A stretch of 64,000 nucleotides of DNA from the human T2T-CHM13v2.0 reference genome, Homo sapiens (GCF_009914755.1 NC_060943.1), one strand, 5' to 3'. Counted from the first letter of the stretch, positions 46,006-62,199 are shown. Numbers and translations: made by a program. Notes: a model not told the origin generated them from the sequence alone.

Positions 46006-46989
46006 GTGAGTGCACGGCCTGCAGTGTGTTGTCTTCACAGCCCTGAGCCACTTCCGTGGACACCCGTGCCCTGCAGATTCTGTTGTGGGGATGGCTCCTG
46101 CAGGGGTGGACTCCTGGAGGTGTTGTGAAGCGGATCAGGGGTGACTCAGGGACGGGTAGAGCTGCTTCTCCCAGCTCCATTCCTGGCCAGTGGGTGCAGA
46201 AGTCTTGAGCTGCTGGGGTGTCCAGTGGGTCCTCCAGGGGCGTTGCCCTGCCTTCCTCTGTCTCCTTGTCAGTCTCCCTGCTGTGGGTTTTGGGCCGACC
46301 TTCACCCTCACGCGCCCTCGACGGCCTCCTGTGTCTGTGCCCCATGGGTGCAGAGAGGAGCATTCTGGGGGTGACTTGGATGGGCAGGAGGCGGAGGCCG
46401 TCCTGTCCTCGTAAGCTCCAGCCTGGGCTCCAGGATCTGCAGCAACAGTGCAGGGAGGCCCTCTGGGTGCCTCTCTGCTGCCCACTGGGAAGCTGCCCAT
46501 GGTGGCCGGCATTCTGCGTGTCTCAGGTGCTCAGGGTCAGAACCCTCATTGTGTGGCACCTGCACGGAGGCCACATGTGTCCATGTGGCCCTGGCGTCTT
46601 GCTGGTCTGTTCCTTAGCATACTGGGCTGTGAGGACACCGCCCGTGCCCATGCCCAGCATCTGCCCAGGCCTGCAGCTGCCATAAGGGCCATGCTGAGCT
46701 CCTCTTGGCCGGGTGGCTCTGTGCCAGGCCCCTAGCTCCTGAGGCCCTGTAGTTCAGTGTTGGGGCCCAGCGGCACCTCCCTGGCCAGGTTGTTTGAGGA
46801 TTAAGTGAAATCGTTTGTGTAGGTCGGCCAGGGTGGGCCTGACCCAGGGTCCGTGCTTAGAATGTGGGATCTGCTTTTTTTTAATGTCATGATCCGTGGA
46901 CCAGGCAGTGGAGTAGGGGCCCCTCTGTTCTTTGTAAAAGAAGTCTGGTGTTATGGTTGGAGGGAGGGCTCTGGATCAGGCAGCTGGAC

Positions 46990-47051
46990 CCCAGCCCAGC
47001 CCCCGCCCAGCACCAGCCCCAGCCCCAGCCCCAGCCCCAGCCCCAGCCCAG
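46990..47051. repeat. (CCCCAG)n hexamer repeat, G-quadruplex-prone on the minus strand
   Basis: Run of CCCCAG units about 1 kb into DOT1L intron 2. Confidence 0.88.
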
Positions 47052-48165
47052 CTGCAGCATGCTTCTGGCGGCCAGCCGCCTCTCTCTGCCTGGGTTTCTC
47101 TTGTTGCAGCTGGGGGCCAAGACTCTGCTGGCGTGGGCCTCTGTGGGTGCTCCTCACAGAGGGCCGGGCAGTCTTTTTAAGAATGCTCAAGCTGTGCACG
47201 GTGGCTCACGCCTATAATCCCAGCGCTTTGGAAGGCCAAGGCAGGGAGATCGCTTGAGGCCAGGAGTTCGAGACTGGCCTGGGCACCTTGGGGAAACCCT
47301 GTCTCTACTAAAAAAAAACACAAAAATTAGCCGGGTGAGGTAGCAGGTGCCTATAGTCCCAGCTACTTTGGAGGCTGAGGCAGGAGAATAGCTTGAACCC
47401 AGGGGGCGGAGGTTGCAGTGACCCAAGATGGTGCCACTGCACTGCAGCCTGGGTGATAAGAGTGAGACTCCATCTCAAAAATAAATAAATAAATAAATAA
47501 ATAATGCTCAGCTGGGCATGGTGGCTCACACCTGGAATCCCAGTGCTTTGAGAGGCTGGGAGGGTTGATCACTTGAATCCAGGAGCTGGAGATTGGCCGG
47601 GCAACATAATGAGACCCCAAGTCTACAAAAAAGTAAAAAATTAGCTGGGCATGGTGGTGCACACCTGTGGTCCCAGCTACTTGCGGGGCTGAGGTGGGAG
47701 GATCACTTGAGACCAGTGGCGCTGTGATTGTGCCACCGCCCTCCAGCCAGGCAACAGAGTGAGACCCTGTCTCAAGAAACAAAACCCAAACAAGAAAGAG
47801 TGCTCCAGGGCTGTGGCTTCCCGGGGCTGTGACTGTGCAGGTTCTGCCAGTGCTGCCCAGACGTGGTCTCTCTGGGTTAGGATCTCGGTGCAGCAGGGGT
47901 GGAAGCCCCTCTCTGACCAGGCGCTTGCTAGTGTGTCTGGAGGTGCTCAGCAGCAGGGGAGCTGCACCTGCTCCCCATGGGAAGGGGCCTGCACAGACTT
48001 CTGGGGTCAGAGGAGACCCCAGGCCCCCGGATCTCAGGCAGTGGCGGTGAGAGTGCCTCTCTGGCTGCATGCTCGCCTTCTGCAGGGCTCGGAGCTGACT
48101 GTCTTGTTTGAACCTTGTGTGTTTTCTGGGGAGCGCATCTGGAGTCTGGAGCTTAAGCGTTGTAG

Positions 48166-48702
<537 letters not shown>

Positions 48703-49188
48703 TAAAGATGATTGGGCTGTCCTAGGCTCTCCTCGTTTGGATGTCCGTTGAGAATCAGCCTTTCCATTTCTCCAGAAAAGCTAGCTGGGCTTTTTCTAGA
48801 AATTGGTTTGAGCCTGCAGTTCAGCTTGGGGAAAGGGGCGTTTAAACAGTGTCACTCCCAGGTATTCCTGCTTCAGTGCTTTTTTTTTTTTTAAGGCGGA
48901 GTCTCACTCTGTTGCCCGGGCTGGAGTGTGGTGGCGCATCCTCGGCTCCCTGCAGCCTCCGTCTCCGGGGTTCAAGTGATTCTTCTTCCTCAGCCTCCCG
49001 AGTAGCTGGGATTAGAGGCGCCCGTCACCATGCCCAGCAAATTTTTGTGTTTTTAGTAGAGACAGGGTTTCACCATGTTGATCAGGCTGGTCTCGAACTC
49101 CTGACCTCGTGATCCGCCTGCCTCGGCCTCCCAAAGCACTGGGATTATAGGCATGAGCCACCACGCCCGGCCTTTGGTGCTTTTTTAT

Positions 49189-49490
49189 TTTTATTTTTTT
49201 TTTTTTTTGAGACGGAGTCTCGCTCTGTCGCCCAGGCTGGAGTGCAGTGGCGCAATCTCGGCTCACTGCAGGCTCCGCCCCCTGGGGTTCACGCCATTCT
49301 CCTGCCTCAGCCTCCCGAGTAGCTGGGACTACAGGCGCCCGCCACCTCGCCCGGCTAATTTTTTGTATTTTTAGTAGAGACGGGGTTTCACCGTGTTAGC
49401 CAGGATGGTCTCGATCTCCTGACCTCGTGATCCGCCCGCCTCGGCCTCCCAAAGTGCTGGGATTACAGGCGTGAGCCACCGCGCCCGGCC
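49189..49490 (-). mobile_element. Very young AluY (Ye-like) with a 14-bp TSD, DOT1L intron 2
   Basis: TSD tggtgcttttttat at 49175-49188 and 49491-49504. CpGs nearly all intact. Variants GGGCGAGGTGG and GAACCCCAGGGGGCGGAGCCTG on the minus strand. Confidence 0.88.
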
Positions 49491-51113
49491 TGGTGCTTTT
49501 TTATGTGGCATTTTGACAATCCTTTGCTGCTAGTATGTGTAAAGACTGCTCCCTTTTGCCTATCGGCCATGCCCCTGCTGAGCTCTGGCGGTGTCCGCGC
49601 GTATTCCTCAGCACGCTCTGTGGCGCAGAACCACGGGACTGAGTGAAGACCGTGCGGCCGCTCCTTTCAGGCTCCTTGCTGCTTTGAGTGTTTTTCTTGC
49701 CGAGTTGCGCTGGCCGGAACCTCCTGGACAGTGTGATGAGAAGTGACTGCAGATGGCCTTGCTTGGGTTGCTCTCGGGGCCTCGCTCGGTGCCTGGGGCT
49801 TTTGATGATCTGCATTGTGAGGTCCCCTGCCGGTGTTGGCCAGGTGTGCAGGCGTTGACCATGCTGGGGACGGGTGACGAGAGGCACCAATAATCACAGA
49901 GGGCGGATGCCACAGCCCTTCTGACAGGATGCTGTGTCTTTCAGTGTGGAAGGGTCTTGGAGGGCACCCGGACCTGAGGTCAGGTCCTGGCCAGCTGGTT
50001 GGGGAGTCTGGGGACTTGGCGTGGGGTAGGGGGCAATGAAGCTACTCTCGGAGTTCTGGGAAGCTGCCCGCTGGACTTAGCAGGTCAAGAGGACTGGGGA
50101 GCAGAGGCCGAACCCCCATCCCTCCCTGACCCCTCCTGCAGAGCCGCAGGCCAGGTGGCTGCGGAAGGTGGGCCTGCTGCTGTCACAGCGGCTCAGTGAC
50201 TGGTCCCGTGCCCTTTCCAAGCGGAAGGCGTGTCCTTCCATTTCTGGCCTCTTGGAGGGTACCGTCCTGATGGCACCGAATGCCGTCCTGTGGGCTTTCC
50301 GTACTCGCCCACACGGGGCTGCTCAGATCTCCGTCCTTGTTCCTTCGGTGAATTGCAGTGACTAATTTTAGAGTGAAGCAGCTTTTCCTCCCCAGGAGGT
50401 GCTGTGTGTGGTTGTGAGGTGCCGCTGCGGTTTCCTCACGTTTTTAAGGGATAGTGGGGTGTGTTGGTCAGGGATGTTGGTCAGCTGTTGCCTTTCTTGT
50501 CCTTTCTTTCCAGCCCTTTGCGTCTCTATGGTTTTGGTGTCAAGATGACGCTGGCTGCATAAAACTCTGAGAAAGTTTCTGTAGGTTTAGTGTTTGTCTT
50601 GTCAGTGTTTGATGGAATTCACCAGTGTGTTTTTGTATTTTGTATTTTTAGTAGAGACGGGGTTTCTCCATGTTGGTCAGGCTGGTCTCCAACTCCTGAC
50701 CTCGTGATCTGCCCACCTCGGCCTCCCAGAGTGCTGGGATTACAGGTGTGAGCCACCGCACCCGGCACCAGTTGGCTTTAGTTTCTAGTCAGTCAGTTGC
50801 TTTTCGAGCTCTGATGTGGCCAGTGGGTCCCTAGACCAGCCCTGTAGCAGATAAGTTCACTTAGGTCCCCAGAGCCACTGGTGTGTGGCCTCGAAGCCAC
50901 GTAATACCTGTGTGATTCAGTAACAGCTTCGTGGTAAACATCGTAGCCTTCGTTTTGAAGTCACGCCTCCCTTCTCTCTCCACTTTGAGTGGAGGGGTAA
51001 GGATGTTTGTTTTCTGTTGGAGAGGATGCAGTGTTTAAGAACATGCGGGGTAATACTCAAGATTGTTTACACCTGTCATCCCAGCACTGTGGGAGGCTGA
51101 AGTGGGCGGATCA

Positions 51114-51494
<381 letters not shown>

Positions 51495-53375
51495 TAAGCA
51501 GAGTCCTGTCCAGCCGCTCCGCTCCGAGGACAGACTCGGCTCTTGGGGAGGACAGGAGGACGCATCCTATAATTAGCTCTTCTTAGATGGTGCAAGCTGA
51601 TCTGAAATTTCCTTTTAGAGTTGGCCGTGGCCACCATAAAGTTATTTTGGTAGGAAATGTTTATCAACTCTTGGCAAAGGCTGTCAGAGGCCGGACAGAA
51701 TTGGAAACTCCGGTTGTGGAAAGTGGGATTGGCATGTGTGGAGTCAGCCCGCGCTAGTGATCGCTCTTTTTATAGCGGGCGGCTGACGGCCAGAAGTCCG
51801 CATTCCTGCCTGAGGCTGCTGGGAGGGCCTGGGCGGCCTTAGGCTGCTTGGCAGCTCTGTTTAGATCTCAGCTGGGTTTGGTTAGTCCCTCTGTCTCCAG
51901 CCCTGTGGCTGCGTTAGCAATTTCGCCCTGGCAGCTCCTGGGTCTCGGAGGAGGGTCTTGTGGGTGGAGAGGGGCAGGGCTGTCTCTGGAATGCTTGCTT
52001 GGAAGTGTTTTGTTTTTCTTTGACAAGGAAGACATTCCAGGCTCATGCCTTTTTCAGCTCTTGAGTCTGAAATCAACAGAGTAGTCCTCCATCAAGGGCT
52101 GTGCTGTCGTGAGCTTAGGTGAGCCCCTCTCCACAGAGAGTCAAGCCCAGAGGGCCACGCGGCTGCACTTTACCTGGCTCTCCGGCCTCACTGGCATGTG
52201 GGAGGGACTCTTGTCTGGGGTCAGCGGTCTCAGCCTCAGTAAACCTCGAGATCCTGTGCCCCTCCCTCGAGCCCTGCCCATTCCCTGGTCAGCACCCTGG
52301 TGCCCCACAGGCAGACAAGCGTGTTGCTGGCAGGGTCCTGCGTGCCGACCTGCTGCTGTGGATTTCACGCCACCTGCCTCGCATGTCGGGGCCTCTCGCC
52401 ACCCCCCCTCATTGGGCGTGATGGTGTGCTGGGCCCTTCCCTGGTTTAGTATGAAGAGTGTGATGCAGCGTGCAGATCAACAGCCGCATGGCAGGGTCCA
52501 CAGGGAGGGGCCTGCAGGGCCCTGCACAGAGCTCTGTGTCCGTGGAGTTGGGGAGCACTAACCCCAAAGCTCTGCACCCTGTGCTTTCGGGTTTTCACGG
52601 AGGCTTCTCGGAGACTTGCTTGATGATTGCCTCCATCTCCAGTCCCCTCTTTCTAAGCTTCTTACCGCAGCTTGGGCTTTACCTCACCCAGGAGCCCCCC
52701 ACAAGTCGCTTCCTTACAACAGAAGACACTCCTGTCACCTAGAAGTTCCCAGGGATCAGGAGCTTTGTTAGGAACTAGAGTCCCCTCGGATGAGTGGGTG
52801 TTGTCGGGCTGAGCCCTTTCACATTAACCTGGGGCAGTTATGGCACCTCACTTGTGTGTGGCCAGCTTCTGCCTTGGCTCTGAGCAGCGAGCGTGTCAGA
52901 CGCTGTGCTCACGGCGCCCCTCCACGTGGGTGTGTGGCGTCCTTCCTCTTCGCGTGGGATGGGCTTAGCCAAGGCTGGAAGGACATCAGGGACAGGCTGG
53001 GCAGGGGGTCTTCGTTGGAGCTGGCAGGGCCACCTGAGGGACCGAGCCATTAGGGCTTCAGACCAAGGACAGCCCCAGCTCCTCTGAGCACCTGCATTTG
53101 CACAGCCTGCCAGGGAAGAGTCTCTTCCCAGGAGCGTGCAGAGGTGATTTTGGGAAGGTCTGGTTGTCAGGGTTGAAGGCGGCGTGTAGAAGTGGAAACA
53201 CAGGGGCTGGGCACCGTGGCTCACACCTGTAATCCCAGCACTTTGGGAGGCCGAGGCGGATGGATCACGAGGTCAGGAGATCGAGACCATCCTCGCTAGC
53301 ACAGTGAAACCCCGTCTCTACTAAAAATACAAAAAATTAGCCGGGCGTGGTGGCGGGTGCCTGTAGTCCCAGTTA

Positions 53376-53483
<108 letters not shown>

Positions 53484-54522
53484 TCAGAAAAAAAAAAAAA
53501 AAAGGGAAGTGAAAAGACAGGAAGGGCCAGGGCTGCTCCTCTGGAGCTGCGGGGAAGGCGGGAGGCAGCAGGCCGGCTCTGTGGGTTCCTCCGGCCCGCA
53601 TGGTGCCTGCTGGCCCTCTGCACCACCTGGGCTCCTTCCACCCCCGTGTCCTTCGTCCTCCGGAGGATCCAGGTCCTGTGTGGCCGTGCTCCCGGGGCTG
53701 TCGGCAGGCTCTTGTTCTTGGTGTTTGCTCCTCTTAAGTTCTCTTGCTTTATCCTATGCAGCTGCTGGTTAAGGAAAACATGAACTTGGCCTGTGGAGCA
53801 CTGGTTTTCCTATGAGGAAGGGGAAGTGTGAACCTCGGCACATGCAGTGCCCAGGTGAATTCAGGGTGGCCAGGGCAGGGCAGGAAGAGCATGGGGCTGG
53901 GGCTGGGGTGGGAGCAGGGGTGTGATTGTTTAGCCACGTCTCGGAGCATCTGCCAGGCTCTTGGGGTTGCCATTGGGAGGAAACTGCTTGCGTGCACGTG
54001 GAGGTGGCGGAGGACGGAGGCGGAGGAAAGAGTCCCCAGCCGCCGCCCCCCCCCCCCCACCCGCACAGGTGCAGGCCCCCTCGGCGCTGGGGATGTGGAA
54101 GTCGGATTGTTCTCTGGGAGGGGCCGTCCTGGGCACTGCAGGGTGCCGAGCAGGGTCCCTGCCTCCATCTCTTGCTTGCCTCGCCACATTCCTGGGGTCC
54201 CCGGTGAGAGCCACTGTGTGTGACAGTGTTCACTGGACAGGTACGCCTCCTCCTCCTGTCTCTTGCTCTGCTCTGGACACCTTCTGAGGTGGAGGGACAG
54301 ACGCTGTTGTCCACATTTTGCCAGTGGGTCCAACAGACTTGGAAGATGAGCAAGTTATCCCAGGTGGAGACTGGACAGACTAGGCCAGGCAGACCCCGTA
54401 GCAGGCTTGCCCCCACCCCGGAAGCCCCTCTGAGCCCAGGCCTGGCTGGGCCGCGTGGCCGGTGTTTCTTGTGGCTCACGTGCCCCACAGACAGTGGGCG
54501 CTCCCTGGAGCACAGGTGCCCC

Positions 54523-54536
54523 CTGCCCTCTGGTGG
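54523..54536 (-). promoter_or_regulatory. CTCF-like motif
   Basis: Minus strand reads CCACCAGAGGGCAG, close to the CTCF core consensus. Binding is unverified. Confidence 0.45.
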
Positions 54537-54661
54537 GCTCTGCCCCGATGCTGTTGGGTTGTGGGCACTTAGGTAATGAGGGTTTGCCTTGCGGCCAGGG
54601 CAAGGAGGGCAGAGTTGCTGCGGGGGGACTGAGTCTCACTGTGGACCCTGCTGTGCCGTGT

Positions 54662-54733
54662 CTGACATGACACACTGCTGACGTGACACACTGCTGACGT
54701 GACACACTGCTGACATGACACACTGCTGACGTG
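54662..54733. repeat. Minisatellite, 4.5 x 16 bp (CTGAC[A/G]TGACACACTG)
   Basis: Units start at 54662, 54678, 54694, 54710 and 54726 (partial). Confidence 0.93.
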
Positions 54734-55269
54734 TGAATGAGTTGGAGCTTTGGAAGGACACGCTCACAGAGCAGTGTGGGTGGGGGTGAGGCATCTTCCT
54801 TTCTGCAGTGCTCACTCCTCCTGCACCTGCCCGGGCAGAGGCCTGGTGGTCCCTGGGAGACCCCAGCCGTTCACCTGCCTCTGGCGATGGTGGCTGTCCC
54901 CAGCCAGGGCAAGGAAGACCCTCTAAGGCCGGCCCCAGGGTTTCCCACTTGGGGGGCTGGCCTCAGTCCCCCTCGAGCCCTCTTTCTCTCCTCACGCCTC
55001 CAGCACACGTGGACCTCGGCTTTGCGCGGGAGCCTGGGCAGGTCCAGACTGCCTCAGGGCTCAGTGCTTCCCTGCACCGGACTCTCGGCCGGCCACCTCG
55101 CTTGTGTGTCAAACCTGAAATCTCCTGCATCAGGGCGGAAAGCGAGGCTTCTGCCAGAAGGGTCTTGGCCAGCTGGCTGGTGGCTGTCCAGGCAGGGACC
55201 ACACCTTGGAGCCTGCCTTATCCACATGCTGTCCCCTCCCATGCATGCGGCTGGCTCCTGCCCGCATGA

Positions 55270-55389
<120 letters not shown>

Positions 55390-56548
55390 TAGTAGTGCCA
55401 GGCTCCCGGACCCCTCCAGACCCCTTATGTCACCGCCTCGGGGCACAGAGCTCCCCTTAGAGCCCCTGGGGATTGGAATGTGCAGCGTGGGGGGACGATG
55501 GGCTGTGGGTGAGTGGTGTGGGGGCTGCCGAGGCTGGGCTGTGTGCTGTGGCCGTGTGCCAAAGCAGAGCCGTCCGTGGTTTGTGTGCTGAGGCAGGGCC
55601 CTGAGGGTTGTGGTGTCTGCACACGCCTCTGCAGCCCTGGGTTGGTGTCCGCAGGTCCCAGCAGAGGCGGGGTCCCTGTCCTCCCCGGGCTGTGTGAATG
55701 CCGGCCTTCCCCCTTGGACCTCCCCCACACCGCCTGCCTTCATCAGGCTGGATGCCGGCCTGGGCTGCACCCTTGGGCACCCCGGTCCTGCTGTGTCTCG
55801 TGAGGCTTTCCTCACAGAGGACGGGGCACACAGTGAGCTGGGGTGTAGCAGGGAGGGGAACGTGCTGCTTCCCATGTTCTAGAAAGCACCGGGGGCCCCT
55901 GGTGCATGGGGGTAGGGGAGCTCTTTCTTGAAGGTCTTGCTGTGGAGGGAGCCCTGGTGGGGGTGGCATGGGCTCACTTGGCCCTCCTGAGTGGGACTGG
56001 GCTGGGCTGGGCTGCCCCATCAGCCTGCCACCCGGCTCTGGCTTCCCCTCAACCTCATGCATGCAGCTCTGTGGGCCCCTGAGAGCTGAGCTGGCCTGGG
56101 CGAGAGGGGACCACCTCAGCCTGCTGCAGCTGGTGGGGAGGAAGGCGGGGTCCCACGTAGTCGAGTCAGATGAGGTGTGGTAGGCTCAGGGCTTTCACGG
56201 GGCTCGTGGCACCTGACGGGGGTCCCTTGGTGTCAGCGCCCCACCCTGCTGCCTTGGCCCAGAGGAGGGGTGGTGGTCTTGGTGGCCTGTGTGGTTTTGG
56301 TGGTCTTGCCAGTGGGGAGAGAGGCCCGTGGCAGGAGGTGGAGCCTCCTAGGACCCCTCTGAGTTGGGGCCTGTCCCTGGGGATGCTGCTTTACTGCTTG
56401 TAGGAAATGGGGCTGGGTTGGAAACTGACCTGGGAGCCCGGCAGCCACCCTGCAGGGGGACGAGAGGCCATGCAGCCGACTCCCTGCTTCCGCTGGGAAA
56501 GGTCCCGGGTCTTGGTGGTGGAGGGGCTGGGCCGTGAGGTTTATGTGA

Positions 56549-57094
<546 letters not shown>

Positions 57095-57968
57095 TAGACC
57101 TGTGCACCCTCTACTGCTCGCTCCCAGAAGCTGCCACTCGCTAGCCTGGGCCCCAGCCCGGGCCCCACCCACGGCTGCAGCCTGCCGCAGTCCTTCCCTG
57201 GGCACACCTGCTCCCTCCACAGCGGCTGGAAAGGTCCCCCGCGGAGGAAGACCCCAGGTCCCTGGGCTCCCGGAGGCCCTCGCGCCCTCCCTGCATCCCC
57301 AGTCTCCCTCGGCACCCCTGCGTCTGGGCCGTGCCCTGCCCCTCCCAGGTTGGGGCTCCCACCTGCTGGCATTCTTTCAGCCTCTGCCTGCACTCAGACT
57401 CTGCTTGTGAGGTGTCGTCTCCTCTCAACCACGGGCGGGGCTCCTTGAAACGAGGCCCTAGGTGTGTCTTCAGCAGCAGCGTGGCCTGGCTGAAGCACAG
57501 ATGAGCGGCCCGTACACGAACAGCCTCAGTAGCCTGACGAATTCTTGATAGGACCACCCCATCCAGGCTGCAGGGCTGACGGGGCCACCCAAGGGTCAGA
57601 CAGTGAAGGCCCCTTCTCCACAGTGTCTAGGCTGTCCCTGGGCTCCTTGGACCTCGATGGACATGTGAACCTTGTGCCTGCAGGCACGCGAGCCCCACGT
57701 CTGCCCCCTTTCCACAGTCCTGGCTTTGACGTGGGGAAGGGGCCCCAGGGGCAGGGACCAAGAGGACTTTGCACAGACTGGGTGTGGCAGCTCACGCCTG
57801 TCATCTTAGCACTTGGAAGGCTGAGATGGGAGGGTCACTTGAGGCTAGGAGTTCAAGACCAGGCTGGTCAGCATAGCAAGATCCCACTTCTGTTTATTTA
57901 TTTAAATTTATTTTCAAATTTAAAAAATGCAATAAAAAGAATGTGTATCGTCTGGACGTGGTGGCTCA

Positions 57969-58427
<459 letters not shown>

Positions 58428-59233
58428 TTAAAAAGGCTTATATGTTTTAGATGATGACGGCCTAGCACTTGCTGGCCGGGCCCTGGCCCCCCGTCCCTGT
58501 GTGCTTCTCTTCCCACTGGTGTGGTGGCGGCGGTCTGTGCCCATTGTGGTCGCTCCATGGTTCATGCCCGTTCCCTGGAGCACAGAGCTGCCTAGCAGGG
58601 GAGGAGAGGTGGCTTGACACCCCCGGTGTGCGCCGCTGCCTCCACCCTCCTGACGCTGGCGTATCTGCAGCCCCTGTTCCCTCCTTCTCCCTTAGAGCCG
58701 GGTGTTGCTGGGTTGTGTGCTGATGCTGTGAAACCGCAGCGGCCGGGAGACTGTCCTGGCTGCGGGGGACCCCTCACTGCCTCTCCCACCCTACATTGAG
58801 CCTCAGTCAGATCCTGCTCATGAGCCTTCCTGGGGTGCCATAAGATTTTATCAGCCAGGTTGCTGTGTGTCTGTGTGCTGGTGACGTGGGGATAATTTGA
58901 GGTGGACGGCAGCCTTTCCAGACCTGCAAAGTCTTGGGCAGCCCTGTCTGTCTGAACAGTGAACATCACATAGGGCCCTGAGACTCAAAATGGATTCTGG
59001 TTTCGGGGGCCACCAAGTGATGTCCATGGATGACGCGTTGTGATGACCGTCCCCTCGTGGGGGCTCTGTCAGGGGCCTGGTCTCTGGGAAGGATCCTGAG
59101 TGACCTTGGAGCATCGGATATGTGTGGAGACTGTGGCCTCCCCTGTGGGTCTTCATGGCCGCATTCTTGTGGCCTCTGTCTCCGAGCCTAGCACGGCCTC
59201 CCGGGTGGCATCTGAGCGCTGTGTGGTATCTGA

Positions 59234-59401
<168 letters not shown>

Positions 59402-59714
59402 TGACGCCCTGGGTGCCTGCACCCCACTGCTGTGGGACTTCCGAGTCTGGGTGGCGTTCTTTCCAGGCCCAAGACGTCTTGGTTGCCTGCAGCGTGTGCC
59501 TGTGAATAGGGTGCCCGATCGCCCTCACGGCCCATTACAGGCCGGCCCTCCAGGCCTGTCCAAGCGCTGCAGGGGTGTCTCGGAGCCTGTTTCATGGCAC
59601 GTGCCACTAGTGAGGCGAGAGGTGCTCAGCTCTACCTCGTGGCACAGCCCTCCGAGAAGCGGGGTGTTTTGGGTGGCCTGCCCAGGCAGGCGCATTGAGG
59701 CCCTGTTGCTCTGA

Positions 59715-59971
<257 letters not shown>

Positions 59972-60042
59972 TGATCCGCCCTCCTCAGCCTCCCAAAGTG
60001 CCGGGATTACAGGCGTGAGCCACCGCGCCTGGCTTGCCCTGA

Positions 60043-60282
<240 letters not shown>

Positions 60283-62199
60283 TAGGGCTGCCTGGGCGTG
60301 GCGTCTGAGCCGGCAGCAGGCGCCTCTGTTGGTACCGTCCCTCTCGTCCTCTCTGACATGGCTTCTGTCCCTCGGCAGCATGCGGTGCACAGAGGTGGTG
60401 CAGGGAATGGGCTTGGGGCTCCATGGAGCGGAGGCCTGTGGGACAGGCTGGGTTCTGGGCCGGCTGCGGCATCCTTGGGGTGTCATCCCTCACTGGGGAC
60501 AGCCTTGTTTGGACGGGTTCCTGGTCCTCAGTGCTGTGTTCTTCATGACAAGCCAGCAACCTCGGGGTGGGCAGTGTTCTCTCCCGCCCTGTTGTGATGC
60601 AGTCTCAGGTGCTCCTCCCATGGACCCTGGGGATGGCGTCGCGTGTGGCCCTCCCTGTAGGGTGTGCGCTCCCCTTTCAGTGGCTGAGTGGCAGTGGGAT
60701 GGGTGTGGGGGTGGGAAGGGGATGCTGTTTAGGGAGCAGGAAGGACAGTTTTCCTGACCCAGGTTGGGTGATTAATGGGCCATAGCTTCCAGGAGTAGCC
60801 ACCACTCCTGCATCCTCCTGGGAACTCCTTCCCACCCCACGCTGAGTCCTTAGACACCAGGCTCCGCCCTGGTCCTTTCCACACAGAGGCCTGCAGAGCT
60901 GGGTCCTTCCTTGACCTGTGTGCTCCTCCTCACAGTCCCAGCTGCTCAGGCGCTCACCTGTGGTGGAGGCTGATGGCGCCCCGGGCCCATCTGCTCTGTC
61001 TCCCAGCGACGTCCCAGACCTCCCCGCCCTTATGGGGTGTGGGCTTGGTGCTGGTGCAGCTGCTCCCGTGATGTGGATTGGAGGGTGGCTTGGGGTCTGG
61101 GGACTGCAGGAAGGTGGATGCTTCCTATTCTAGACCTGGAGCCCCTGGAGTACAGAGCCCGCAGCCCCTCGAGCCTCAGAGCCCGCAGCCCCTTGAGTCC
61201 TGAGAAGCTTCCCTTATAAGGCAGAAGGAGTGCTGGGTGGGGCGGGCACCAGGTCACCACCCTGGGAGGACGATGGCACAGGGGTTGCCAAGCTGCCCAG
61301 CAGAGCGGCTCAGGATGGAACATGGCAAGGCCAACTCGTGATCCCAGGTGCCTGCGACGACCCAGTTCCTGGGTGGAATCCGCAAGTTTGCAGAAGCAAC
61401 AGAAACAAAGTGTTCAGGGGTCCTGTTGTCATTCGACTCTCACAGTTCAGAGGGATGCATGAGGGACACAGGTGGCATACAGTTCCAGTCCCCTCCCAGG
61501 TGGTGCCCACCCCTCACTGTCTCCTCAGCAGGGTGCGTGGAGGCGTGGCTGGGGCTGTGTGCCCGCCCGTCTGCCTGGAGCTCCCTGCTGAGGTGCCCTC
61601 TGTGGGCCTGTCAGCCAGGGCCTTCCTCGGATCGCCGTGAGGCCTCGACATTCCTGTCATTGCCACGAGTGGGCGTGCGTCCTGCCTAGCACGCGCCCCT
61701 GTCCCCAGCTCAGACCCCTCCGCACTGTCCCACAGCACAAGTGAAGGCCGGTGTCAGGGTGCAGGGCCCCGATCCCTGGTGGCCCCGACCGGGGTCAGGA
61801 GCCCTTGCCAACTGGCTCTGCCTTGGGCGTCCTGGCTGTGGTGGTCTGGCAGATGAACCTTTTGGAGGATCACTTGAGCCCAGGAGTTCGGACACATTTT
61901 TTTTGTGCATGTGTGAAAGAAAGTCTTGTTCTGTCGCCCAGGCTGGAGGGCAGTGGCGCAATCTTGGCTCACTGTAGCCTCCGCCCCCTGGGTTCAAGTG
62001 ATTCTCCTGCCTTTGCCTCCTGAGTAGCTGGAATTAAAGGCGCATGCCACCACGCCCGGCTAATTTTTGTATTTTTAGTAGGGATGGAGTTTCACCATGT
62101 TGGTCAGGCGGGTCTCAAATTCCTGACCTCGTGATCCGCCTGCCTCTGCCTCCCAAAGTGCTGGGATGACAGGTGTGAGCCACCGCGCCGGGCCTCCTT

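Noticed and set aside
45107-46363. 418-aa minus-strand ORF antisense to DOT1L exon 2
   Set aside because: No recognisable domain. The Pro/Ser/Arg-rich composition is what GC-rich DNA gives by chance.
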